Part shown: positions 19,539 to 27,949 of the stretch, piece by piece
Layout: every line of letters starts with the position of its first letter
Position numbering within the stretch: the first letter of the stretch is position 1
Assembly: GCA_045589595.1 (NCBI GenBank)
Contig: JAZNPK010000010.1
Location: 66,190 to 130,189 of the forward strand
Direction of reading: 5' to 3'
Length of the DNA stretch: 64,000 bases
From: Victivallales bacterium
GTDB taxonomy: Bacteria > Verrucomicrobiota > Lentisphaeria > Victivallales > UBA1829
Position numbers and translations under genes: made by a program
Notes under the pieces: generated by a model
The model's database searches: none
Seen by the model: only the letters and a program-made list of their open reading frames with translations
What the model was told of the DNA's origin: nothing

Positions 19539-20699
19539 ATGAGATTTATCGCTGATGAACGGATGATCTATCATTCGCCGTATCCTCAGGATCTTTATTG
19601 TTATACCCCGTGGCTGGAACATGCGTTCAACGGCAGGATCATTGCATCTTTTGATGTTTCCGGCAGCGCATTGAAACTGGAGAAGGGACCCAGATCCGGC
19701 AGAGGTGATTACTCCGGAAATCAGCTGCGGATCTATGTGTCCGACGATCACGGCGCAACGTGGCGCGAAACCGGCAGACTCCCGATGCTTCACGCCCGGG
19801 TGATCCCTGCGGGAAAATGTCTTTACGCCATCGGACACGCCGGAAAACTTCTCGTTTCCAAAAGCACGGACAACGGAGAGACCTGGGGCGAACCTGTCTG
19901 TCTTGAGGATCAGGCGCCGTGGCATCAGAGCGCCTGTGCTTATGAGCGGATCGACGGCAGGATCTATATCACGATGGAGCAGATCCCGAACAACAAAGCC
20001 GGAGCCGGTGATCCCGTACTGATGTGCGCAGATGAAAACGATGACCTTACCGATGTGAAGAACTGGCGTTTTTCCAACATCGCTGAATTTCAGACCATTG
20101 CCAAAGCCGCGCCCCCTCTCGGAACACGGCATCCCGGCGCGTGGCTGGAATCAAATGTGGTGCTGGAACGCAATCCGGAAAGCCGTTTTTACGGTCAGCT
20201 TCTGGTCTTTCTGCGGACGCTTGATCCCATTCATCCCGACACTGCCGCCATGCTGGTCGCAGGTGAACGGGAAGACGGAACGCTCTATCTGGAACGGAAC
20301 ACTGAACCTTATTTCGATTCCGTTTATCTGCCGTTCCCCGGCGGTTATATGAAATTCCATATCCTGTGGGACGAAAAAAGCCGTCTTTACTGGATGATCG
20401 CCTCACGCGCACGGAAATATTCCATGATCGCGGAGGATGCCCGGTATATGGAACTCAACTGTTTTCAGGAACGGCGTCAGCTGGAACTGTTCTATTCCGG
20501 CAATGCGTTCGACTGGTGTTCTGCGGGCGTGGTCGCATGCGGCGAAACGGAACACGAATCACGCCATTACGCCTCGATCCTGATCAATGGCGACGATATG
20601 CTGGTCCTGAGCCGTTCCGGTGATAAAAATGCCAAAAACACCCACGATACGGATATGATCACGCTTCACCGGATCAAAGATTTCAGAACTTTTGCCTGA
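19539..20699 (+). CDS. Second BNR/sialidase-like beta-propeller protein
   Basis: Asp-boxes SDDHGATW and STDNGETW. AAGGAG RBS upstream of the ATG. No signal peptide. Confidence 0.75.
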   Translation: MRFIADERMIYHSPYPQDLYCYTPWLEHAFNGRIIASFDVSGSALKLEKGPRSGRGDYSGNQLRIYVSDDHGATWRETGRLPMLHARVIPAGKCLYAIGHAGKLLVSKSTDNGETWGEPVCLEDQAPWHQSACAYERIDGRIYITMEQIPNNKAGAGDPVLMCADENDDLTDVKNWRFSNIAEFQTIAKAAPPLGTRHPGAWLESNVVLERNPESRFYGQLLVFLRTLDPIHPDTAAMLVAGEREDGTLYLERNTEPYFDSVYLPFPGGYMKFHILWDEKSRLYWMIASRARKYSMIAEDARYMELNCFQERRQLELFYSGNAFDWCSAGVVACGETEHESRHYASILINGDDMLVLSRSGDKNAKNTHDTDMITLHRIKDFRTFA

Positions 20700-20756
20700 T
20701 TGCAAAAAATCCCGGTGCGGTGATGCCGACCGGGATCCATTTTCATTGAAAACAGA

Positions 20757-21764
20757 TCAGAATCTGATCACTTCTCCGTTTTCTGCCGAATCCATCATGC
20801 CGAGACAGAAGGTCATGGCATCGATCGCCGCGTCTGTTCCGGCAAGGGGTGCTTTCTTGTTGACGACGCAATCCACAAGATACGCCATCTCCTGCGCGTA
20901 CATATTGCCGGAGATGTCATCCTGCAAATGTCCGGTTACGCCTTCATCGATCTCAATGTGTGTTTCTGCACCGCCGATATCATAAAAGATCACGCCCTGT
21001 TGGTCGGAAAATTTCAATGCGCCTTTTTCGCCGTGCAGTGTCATAAAGGTTTCGGATGGACCGCCCCGGAGCCAGGAACATTCAAGATTGCAGATGACTC
21101 CCCCTTCATAAACTGCCGTTGCGCTTACATAATCCCGCGGTTTCTCAGCATCTTTTGCGAGTTTGAGACTCCGGGCATACACGCTTAACGGTTTGCCGAG
21201 AAACAGGTTCTGCAGATCGCAATGATGTGCGAGCATATCCAGCATAACGCCGCCGGATTTGTCATAGTCTGCAAACCAGTCGCCCCATTCCCGTTTGAAT
21301 CCGCCGAAAAGACAGGTGACGGACGAACTGATGATCCTGCCGATCTTGCCTTCTTTCAGCAGTTTTTCCAGCATGAGCGTTGCGGCGGAGTAGCGGCGGA
21401 CAAAACCGATGGCAAAAAGATTTTTGTAACTTCGGAGCAGAGGCACAAGTTCCTTGAAATCTTCTTTCGAGCGGCAGAGCGGCTTTTCGCAAAAAATGGG
21501 CTTGCCGGTCGCCATGGCGGCAAGAAGACCTTCTTTGTGACAGTATGTGGGGGAGGCGATGATGATCAGATCCACTTCCGGGGCATTGGCAAGTGACGCC
21601 GCTGAATCCTTGATCTCCATGCCGGGGTATGCCGCTTTCAGACTCTCACTCCTGGCTGGATCAATATCATAGACCGCAGTCAGTTTCACATTTTTCAGTT
21701 TTGCCAGATTGGCGGCATGGTTCATTCCCATACGCCCCGCTCCGATGATACCGGCTTTCAACAT
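20757..21764 (-). CDS. Gfo/Idh/MocA-family NAD(P)-dependent oxidoreductase
   Basis: N-terminal Rossmann motif MLKAGIIGAGRMGMNHA. I set the start at the ATG at 21764, with AAGGAGG 8 nt upstream. Confidence 0.88.
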   Translation of the reverse strand: MLKAGIIGAGRMGMNHAANLAKLKNVKLTAVYDIDPARSESLKAAYPGMEIKDSAASLANAPEVDLIIIASPTYCHKEGLLAAMATGKPIFCEKPLCRSKEDFKELVPLLRSYKNLFAIGFVRRYSAATLMLEKLLKEGKIGRIISSSVTCLFGGFKREWGDWFADYDKSGGVMLDMLAHHCDLQNLFLGKPLSVYARSLKLAKDAEKPRDYVSATAVYEGGVICNLECSWLRGGPSETFMTLHGEKGALKFSDQQGVIFYDIGGAETHIEIDEGVTGHLQDDISGNMYAQEMAYLVDCVVNKKAPLAGTDAAIDAMTFCLGMMDSAENGEVIRF

Positions 21765-21765
21765 T

Positions 21766-22596
21766 TCAATTTCCTCCTTCAAGCGTTGATTTGATCAATT
21801 CCGTTGCGTTTTTGATGTCGGATTCCTGTTCCGGGCCGGGCAGGATTTCCCGTTCGATGATCAATGGACCGCAGAACCCGTTGGAAACAAGTCGTTTCAG
21901 TAGAGATGTAAAGTTTGTTGAGCCGGAGCCGAGTACCGTTTCTCTGCCCCGGATGGCATCTCCGATCGGGGGATCGGCATCTTTGCAGTGCATGACTTTG
22001 ATCCGGTCGCCGAGCAGATCCGCGATCTCTGCGGGGGTGCCGTTGTTGTAGATCAGCATATTGGCGGGATCGAAGTTGACGCCCACATTGGGTTCATTGA
22101 TGTCGTCTATGATCTGCTTCAGATGAATTGCCGTTTCGGTTCCCGTTTCAAAAAGAAAATCCAGTCCGAGTGTGGCGGCAAATCTTGCAAGCTGCCGGAT
22201 ATCAAGAATAAAGCGGTCATAAAACGCGTTCTTTTCTTCCGGGACAAAGCCCACATGGCAGGACACGGAGTTGATGCCGTAACGTTTGCACCATGTCATC
22301 AGACGGCAGGAGATCACCATCCTTTCGCAGCGGGTGGTGAGGGGAACGATGCCGACACCCTCCCGCGGGTTCGTCCAGTCCTGATCGGGATAGGAAAGAA
22401 ACATAGACGGAACGGAAATTCCGTATTTGTCGAGCAGTTCAAAGAGTGCATCCGATTTTTTCACCGCTTCAGCGGTCGGCGCAAGATATTCCTCATAAAC
22501 ACCGGCGATCTGAATGCAGTTAAGCCCGATCTCTCTGAAAAACGCAATGCGCCGTTCATCGATATCCGTACATCTGATAAGTGCTCCGATATTCAT
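21766..22596 (-). CDS. Sugar phosphate isomerase/epimerase (xylose-isomerase-like TIM barrel)
   Basis: Its size and pattern are typical of the AP-endonuclease-2/xylose-isomerase-like TIM barrel family (e.g. VNFDPANMLIYN, VMHCKD). It is separated by 1 nt from the downstream oxidoreductase gene. Confidence 0.75.
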   Translation of the reverse strand: MNIGALIRCTDIDERRIAFFREIGLNCIQIAGVYEEYLAPTAEAVKKSDALFELLDKYGISVPSMFLSYPDQDWTNPREGVGIVPLTTRCERMVISCRLMTWCKRYGINSVSCHVGFVPEEKNAFYDRFILDIRQLARFAATLGLDFLFETGTETAIHLKQIIDDINEPNVGVNFDPANMLIYNNGTPAEIADLLGDRIKVMHCKDADPPIGDAIRGRETVLGSGSTNFTSLLKRLVSNGFCGPLIIEREILPGPEQESDIKNATELIKSTLEGGN

Positions 22597-22797
22597 TTTT
22601 GATCCTTTTGATGTGTTGAAAAGTTATCCAACATCACTTACTATACAGCAGTAAAGATCATTTGCAATGAACAAAACGAACTGAATTCAGCATAAAACGA
22701 ACATCGTGATCTTGCAGCGCAAACCTTCAGCGGCACTTCATCTTTTATTCCGTAACGGAACTCTCGCCTGACCGCATAATAAACCCATAAAAAATTA

Positions 22798-22817
22798 CAG
22801 CCGCCGTCCGGCGGCTG
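22798..22817 (-). terminator. Intrinsic terminator candidate after the beta-helix gene
   Basis: CAGCCGCC-GTCC-GGCGGCTG hairpin. The minus-strand transcript would continue with TAATTTTTTA. Confidence 0.45.
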
Positions 22818-22864
22818 TTTTCTGCGGGGCAGGGGGGTGTTTTTCCGTAAATGCGTAACGGATC

Positions 22865-24244
22865 TTATTTCAGGGGGATCAGCGTGAAATCTGTTTCGTG
22901 CAGGACCCTTTCCAGAAACTCCTCCGCGCCGGACATGGGGATACAGTTGTCCTGTCCCCACATTGCAAATTGTCCGTCTGCGTGCTGGATATAAGTGTTT
23001 CCGCGGAACTGCAGAGCGCCTTCCGGCTCGACAAAATGGGAGTGATAATAAATGTATCCGGTACTCCGTTCAAAGATATTGTTTTCGGTCCGGTAATTTT
23101 CCGTATGCTCTGCCGGTTGAGCGAAACTGTACATGGGGATACGCTCTTTCCGGAGGGGGCATCCCCAGCCATCGCCGCCGAAACGGCAGAAGTTGTCGTG
23201 TACGTATATGTTACGCGTGATACTGGTGCGGTTCCGCTGATTGTAATACTCAATGGACCAGAAACAATATTCGATCAGGTTGTCGTGATACTCCACATCT
23301 TCCTGGATCACATCCCATTTTTTCATATCGTTGCACTGATGCGTGATGCCGGTATCATAAATCTGATAGATCCAGTTGTGATGTACATGGTAGCCGTGGC
23401 AGCCGCCGAAGATCTCCACTGCATTGCCGTAACGGATCAGTCTGTTCCAGTTCCAAAGGGAGCCGCCGATGTAGTCAAAGATACAGTTTTTAACCTCAAG
23501 TCCGTGAATATCAGAAACACCGCTGACGCCATGCGCTCCCGTGACGGTGATATGCAGATTATCGATCGTCACATGTCCGATATCGCCCCAAAGTGAAATA
23601 ATATGATAATTTTCCGCGATCTCGATCCGTTTGAACCGTTCCCCCGGATTCCCTCCGGCACATTTGAGATAAAGCGTATCCGTATCGCCGCTGCACCAGA
23701 ATTCCAGATCCTTTGCGTTTTCCAGATGCCGGTATCCATCCGCCGTATGTCCGGGCAGCAGCCAGCCGAGAAGAGCATCATATTTGCCGATGCTCCGCGG
23801 GTCGTGATCAAATGTGATCAGCCCTGCATTTTTCAGGGGCAGGGTACACCGCCAGACATCCGGCAGAGCTGTTTCCACCCACAGATCCGGATCTGCATAG
23901 TTCTGTCTGGAAGCGCAGATCACCGGCTTTCCGCCGTTTCCGTAAGCGGAATAAGTCACGCCGGTGGACGCCACAAATGTTCCGCGGAACAGATCGCCCC
24001 GTTTGAAAAGAACGGCATCCCCCGGCTGCAGCGGCAGTGATCCGATCCGTTTCAGTGAACGGACCGCCGTTTCCGGCGTCAATCCGTCCTGCGCATCATC
24101 ACCGTTTTCGCTGACATAGTAGCAGGTGCCGGAAATGGCTGCCGGATCTGTGTTTTTTGCGTTCAGACAGGCTTCTTTCATGGCATCTGCTTTTGCCTGA
24201 CAGTATGCAGTTACGGCAGATTTTTCAGCGGGAATATTTTTCAT
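22865..24244 (-). CDS. Right-handed beta-helix (pectin-lyase-fold) protein
   Basis: Repetitive beta-helix-like sequence (ITVTGAHGVSGVSDIHGLEVKNCIFDYIGG...). I set the start at the ATG at 24244 (MKNIPAEK). Its C-terminal ~85 aa is paralogous to the partial ORF at 63725-64000. Confidence 0.7.
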   Translation of the reverse strand: MKNIPAEKSAVTAYCQAKADAMKEACLNAKNTDPAAISGTCYYVSENGDDAQDGLTPETAVRSLKRIGSLPLQPGDAVLFKRGDLFRGTFVASTGVTYSAYGNGGKPVICASRQNYADPDLWVETALPDVWRCTLPLKNAGLITFDHDPRSIGKYDALLGWLLPGHTADGYRHLENAKDLEFWCSGDTDTLYLKCAGGNPGERFKRIEIAENYHIISLWGDIGHVTIDNLHITVTGAHGVSGVSDIHGLEVKNCIFDYIGGSLWNWNRLIRYGNAVEIFGGCHGYHVHHNWIYQIYDTGITHQCNDMKKWDVIQEDVEYHDNLIEYCFWSIEYYNQRNRTSITRNIYVHDNFCRFGGDGWGCPLRKERIPMYSFAQPAEHTENYRTENNIFERSTGYIYYHSHFVEPEGALQFRGNTYIQHADGQFAMWGQDNCIPMSGAEEFLERVLHETDFTLIPLK

Positions 24245-24312
24245 GATCGTCTTGACTTTCAGTTGATTTGTTCGATATGTTTGAAGATAATATATCCACA
24301 CGGAAACAAAAT

Positions 24313-25272
24313 TCAATGGGATCTATTCTTTATGATCTCATTTTCGATTTTGTATGCCAGTGTTTCTCTCGCATCGGTTTGTACCGGAACACCGGGCGGA
24401 AAATCCTCTTCATTTTCTTTCAAATCGGATAAAATCCTCCGCACTTCGTACAGCAAATCTTTATAACGGAATCGCCATTCTGATTTGAACGGAATATCCG
24501 TTTCCTCTGTGGGCAGCGGTTCAAAAAATGTCAGGATAATAAAGTCTTCCTCCCGTCGGCTCCGAACCTGAAACAGCGGTGGTTCGTCTGTTTTTTTGCC
24601 GAAGAAAAATGGCGCACATTCACAATGCGAAAACAACAGGCAGTCCATTTCAGTAAAGTCGATCCACAGTGACTGCAGAACGATTCCATTCAAGGTTGCT
24701 TTGATCGATATTGAAGTGGATATACTGCCGTGGATATTATCGCGCTCCATCAACTCCCGGTGAGGGGGCAAATGAAAATGAGTTACCGGATGAAGTTTGA
24801 TGATGTCAACCGCATTACCGGAATTTTGATCCCAGAACTGCCACATTTTTTTCGCGCAGCATCCTTCCCGCCAGAAACGGAGCATTTTGTATGCGGTGTC
24901 ATCAAAACGGATCTGTCTGTCTCTGTGAGTTTGCATAAAAACTTTTTCCGGTGCTGTCAGGCAGTCGCGCGGTTTGGATTCCAGCAATTTGAGGCGTTTT
25001 ATATGTGCCGACCGCAATTCATCGCAACTGTTGTAAAAGATCTTGCGGTCAGGATCATTTTCAAGTAATGACCAGTTCGTGCTGCCGTTTTTGCGAAATT
25101 CTGTTTCGGCATCAGAGAGTGGAATATTATGTTTTTCCTTTTTAACGATGATGCCGCTCAGGGAATTTTGATGCAGGATCGTCGCCCTGTCCGGATCTTT
25201 TGGGTCGAAGTAACCATGAAAGTTGCTTTTTCCGGTGAAACAGTCGTAAATAAATATATCGCCCTGTGGCAT
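24313..25272 (-). CDS. Hypothetical protein (319 aa), no recognisable motif
   Basis: Long ORF co-oriented with and abutting the beta-helix gene. GC looks lower than the core by eye. Confidence 0.5.
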   Translation of the reverse strand: MPQGDIFIYDCFTGKSNFHGYFDPKDPDRATILHQNSLSGIIVKKEKHNIPLSDAETEFRKNGSTNWSLLENDPDRKIFYNSCDELRSAHIKRLKLLESKPRDCLTAPEKVFMQTHRDRQIRFDDTAYKMLRFWREGCCAKKMWQFWDQNSGNAVDIIKLHPVTHFHLPPHRELMERDNIHGSISTSISIKATLNGIVLQSLWIDFTEMDCLLFSHCECAPFFFGKKTDEPPLFQVRSRREEDFIILTFFEPLPTEETDIPFKSEWRFRYKDLLYEVRRILSDLKENEEDFPPGVPVQTDARETLAYKIENEIIKNRSH

Positions 25273-25742
25273 AACAACGCTCCTTTTTTGTTTTACTGCA
25301 GTATCGCAATTATTTATCTATCAGCCTCGTCAGAAAAGGAAAATGAAACAGCGGCATCCGCGGGATCAGGGCATTGGAATTATAATTCAACAAGCCGATC
25401 TGCGAAATATTCCCGCCGGATTTGTCAATAAAATTCGCCGCTCCGATGGATACACTGTCATACTCCCGGACAAGTGTTTTGTATCTTTCACCTTTCCACA
25501 GGCAATATAATGCAGATAGTGATATATTGCAAACGGCTAAACACTCATTTTTCATTTTTACATCACGCAAACAGAAAGCGAATGCTTTACCTGTCAGGCG
25601 GAAATAAAGTACGGCTCCGGTGATTTCAGTGCCACTCCGTTAATAATCAGAAAAAAAGCGTTTTACAGCCTTGTCTTTTTCAGAAAATAGCTATCTTCTG
25701 AAAAACAAGGTGGTTATTTGTCAATCAAAAAGGAGAAGTATA

Positions 25743-25964
25743 ATGAGTTTGTCTAAGAAGATTCTGGTGCTTTTTGCACTCCTGGTATGCGGCGCTTTGT
25801 GTGCTGGCGTTGAAAGCGATCCGAAAGAAACCGTAAAGAGGTATCGTAAAGCCGCAGAACAGGGAGATGCAAAGGTACAATACAATTTAGGGGTTCGCTA
25901 CCAAAATGGCATTGGCGTTGAAAAAGACCCGCAAGAAGCAGAGAAATGCTGGAGGGTGTTTTAA
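25743..25964 (+). pseudogene. Truncated Sel1-repeat (SLR) secreted protein, one repeat only
   Basis: AAAGGAG RBS plus the ATG at 25743. Signal peptide MSLSKKILVLFALLVCGALCAG, then one Sel1 unit (AAEQGDAKVQYNLGVRYQNGIGVEKDPQEAEKCW). The frame stops 3 codons after entering repeat family D at about 25950. Confidence 0.55.
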
Positions 25965-26162
25965 TTCATCGGAATATTTCTCTCAAGCTCAAAATGGTTG
26001 CTGACAATGCAAACTTGCTGAACTATGCCGTTTCTTCGGAAAATATCTCCAAAAGCATAAAAATAAAAACAGAGAACGGCTTTTACCTCAAACGAAATAT
26101 CTGTAAATTCCGCAGAAATAAAAACCGCCCCGGAAAATAGTCGCACCACCGACATTTATTTA
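25950..26162. repeat. Repeat family D, copy 1 (~213 bp)
   Basis: It aligns with 33952-34165 at roughly 75-80% identity by eye, with two 3-nt indels. It starts with (T)GGAGGGTGTTTTAATTC and ends with CCGACATTTATT. Confidence 0.7.
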
Positions 26163-26183
26163 AATCCGGCTTTTTCCAACTCC

Positions 26184-26378
26184 AATGTCCGGGAACTCGC
26201 CCGTGCCATCGGCAAGGATATGGCGTATGTTTCCCGGATTACCCGGCTCACGCTGCTGTCGCCGGAAATCATCCACGGCGTCCTCACCGGGCAGTTGGAC
26301 CAAATCGGCGTGGAAAAGTGCAAGCAGCCTTTTCCGATTTTATGGGATGAACAGAAAAAGTTTTTCGGCATCGAGTAA
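26184..26378 (+). pseudogene. C-terminal HTH fragment of a recombinase/ParB-like protein
   Basis: My own translation: NVRELARAIGKDMAYVSRITRLTLLSPEIIHGVLTGQLDQIGVEKCKQPFPILWDEQKKFFGIE*. It resembles the ...SYISRVLRLTLLAPDIVEAILDGRQ...LPxxWxEQR tail that I recall from serine-recombinase-family proteins. No N-terminal catalytic part is present. Confidence 0.4.
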
Positions 26379-26425
26379 CGCGCCCAGCGTTTTGCGGTAG
26401 GAATTATCCTGCCGCCCTTTTTTGT
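26358..26425 (+). repeat. Repeat family A, copy 1 (last codons of the recombinase-type gene plus its terminator hairpin)
   Basis: AAGTTTTTCGGCATCGAGTAACGCGCCCAGCGTTTTGCGGTAGGAATTATCCTGCCGCCCTTTTTT matches 30874-30938. Confidence 0.7.
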
Positions 26426-26463
26426 CGTACAGCATTTTTTTGCATTTTTTATGATATACATAC

Positions 26464-26492
26464 TTGACAATGCAATTCGTGGAAGGTACAGT
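26464..26492 (+). promoter_or_regulatory. Near-consensus sigma70-type promoter
   Basis: TTGACA (26464-26469), 17-nt spacer, TACAGT (26487-26492). Confidence 0.45.
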
Positions 26493-26529
26493 AACTGCGC
26501 GTGCGAATAAATTTAAGAGGAGAGCAACA

Positions 26530-26934
<405 letters not shown>

Positions 26935-26955
26935 CACACAAAGGAGCTTGAAATA

Positions 26956-27885
26956 ATGGCAACCCCAAAAAAGCAAAAAAACATTGCTGCTGCAACAAAT
27001 GCAGGTACACCTGAAAAAGATGCAGGTACACCAGCAAAACGTGCAAGAGATAGTATCCAGGAAGAAGTTGATCAAATCCTTAAATTTAAGAGCGAAAAAG
27101 ATTGGGGCGATTTCCTCCGAAAGAAGGGCGAGGGACACAAAATTTATTATCATTACACCACGCTGAAAACATTGAAGGCGATCTTTACAAGTTCCGCTTG
27201 GAAACTGAAACGGGCTGATCTTTCCAATGATCCGCTGGAAAATCCGGTGCATAATACCTCTTTTGTCAGCAGATCTTTGAGTTCCATGGGGATGTGGGAA
27301 ATGTATTCCAAACTTTCTGCGGATGATGATATCGGGGTACGGATCGGGATCCCGCAAAAGGAGTTCCGGGAAATTTTTGCCGAAGATTCTGTTTTTTACA
27401 CGATGGATCCCAACGGAAACCTGCAGCCGTTCGGCAGTAATACACCTGTTATTTGTGACATGGCATATTGGCATTTCGGAAAAGATACAGGAAGTTCTCT
27501 TGCGTTCTACCGCAACTATGAATTCCCGGGCAACGCTTTGAATTTTCATTTTGAAAATGAAGATCAAATGCAGCAGATCGGTAAGAAACTGCCGCCGTTT
27601 TTCAAAACTGCGGTCTGGCGGAAAGAGGATGAAGTCCGGGTTTATGCAGATTTTTCCAATGAAAGAAATGTTCCGGATGAACTTTTCGTAAAAATCAAAC
27701 CGGAGCATTTCAAGGAAATGTCCTTCCGCCTCTCTCCGGCAGTTAAGAATTCAAAAAAGATGGCAGAAATACTGAAAAAGCAGGAAATGACTGAAGTATT
27801 ATTTTTCCTGATGTTCAAATTGCTTTGCAACGAATTGAAAGTCAGTCAATTTCAAATGCCGAACCAGTATGAAGCCTGGCAGTGA
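26956..27885 (+). CDS. DUF2971-like protein
   Basis: KIYYHYTTLKTLKAIFTSSAWKLKRADLSNDPLE matches the DUF2971 N-terminal signature as I recall it (YHYTs...l.a..l..NDP.E), with a later WRKEDEVRV element. AAGGAG RBS. Confidence 0.65.
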   Translation: MATPKKQKNIAAATNAGTPEKDAGTPAKRARDSIQEEVDQILKFKSEKDWGDFLRKKGEGHKIYYHYTTLKTLKAIFTSSAWKLKRADLSNDPLENPVHNTSFVSRSLSSMGMWEMYSKLSADDDIGVRIGIPQKEFREIFAEDSVFYTMDPNGNLQPFGSNTPVICDMAYWHFGKDTGSSLAFYRNYEFPGNALNFHFENEDQMQQIGKKLPPFFKTAVWRKEDEVRVYADFSNERNVPDELFVKIKPEHFKEMSFRLSPAVKNSKKMAEILKKQEMTEVLFFLMFKLLCNELKVSQFQMPNQYEAWQ

Positions 27886-27949
27886 TGAAACTTTTGAACA
27901 AAAAAATAACACATACAAAAAAATGTAAGATAGGAGTTGTTTCTGTAAA

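Noticed and set aside
25310-25570. 86-aa minus-strand ORF upstream of the 319-aa hypothetical gene
   Set aside because: It has no motif, no clear RBS and an AT-rich context. It may be real, but I cannot support it.
25961-26155. Conserved 64-codon ORFs on both strands of repeat D (also 33966-34160 and the plus-strand frames)
   Set aside because: Both strands stay open in both copies at about 70% amino-acid identity. That is no better than the nucleotide identity, so there is no sign of purifying selection. No RBS and no recognisable motif are present. I treat the repeat as non-coding.
26464-26529. ORF-track start (26464) for the microsatellite-containing ORF
   Set aside because: Codon 1 of that ORF is the TTG inside the TTGACA -35 box. 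The ATG at 26530 has a strong RBS and lies downstream of the predicted -10 box, so the first 22 codons are most likely untranslated.
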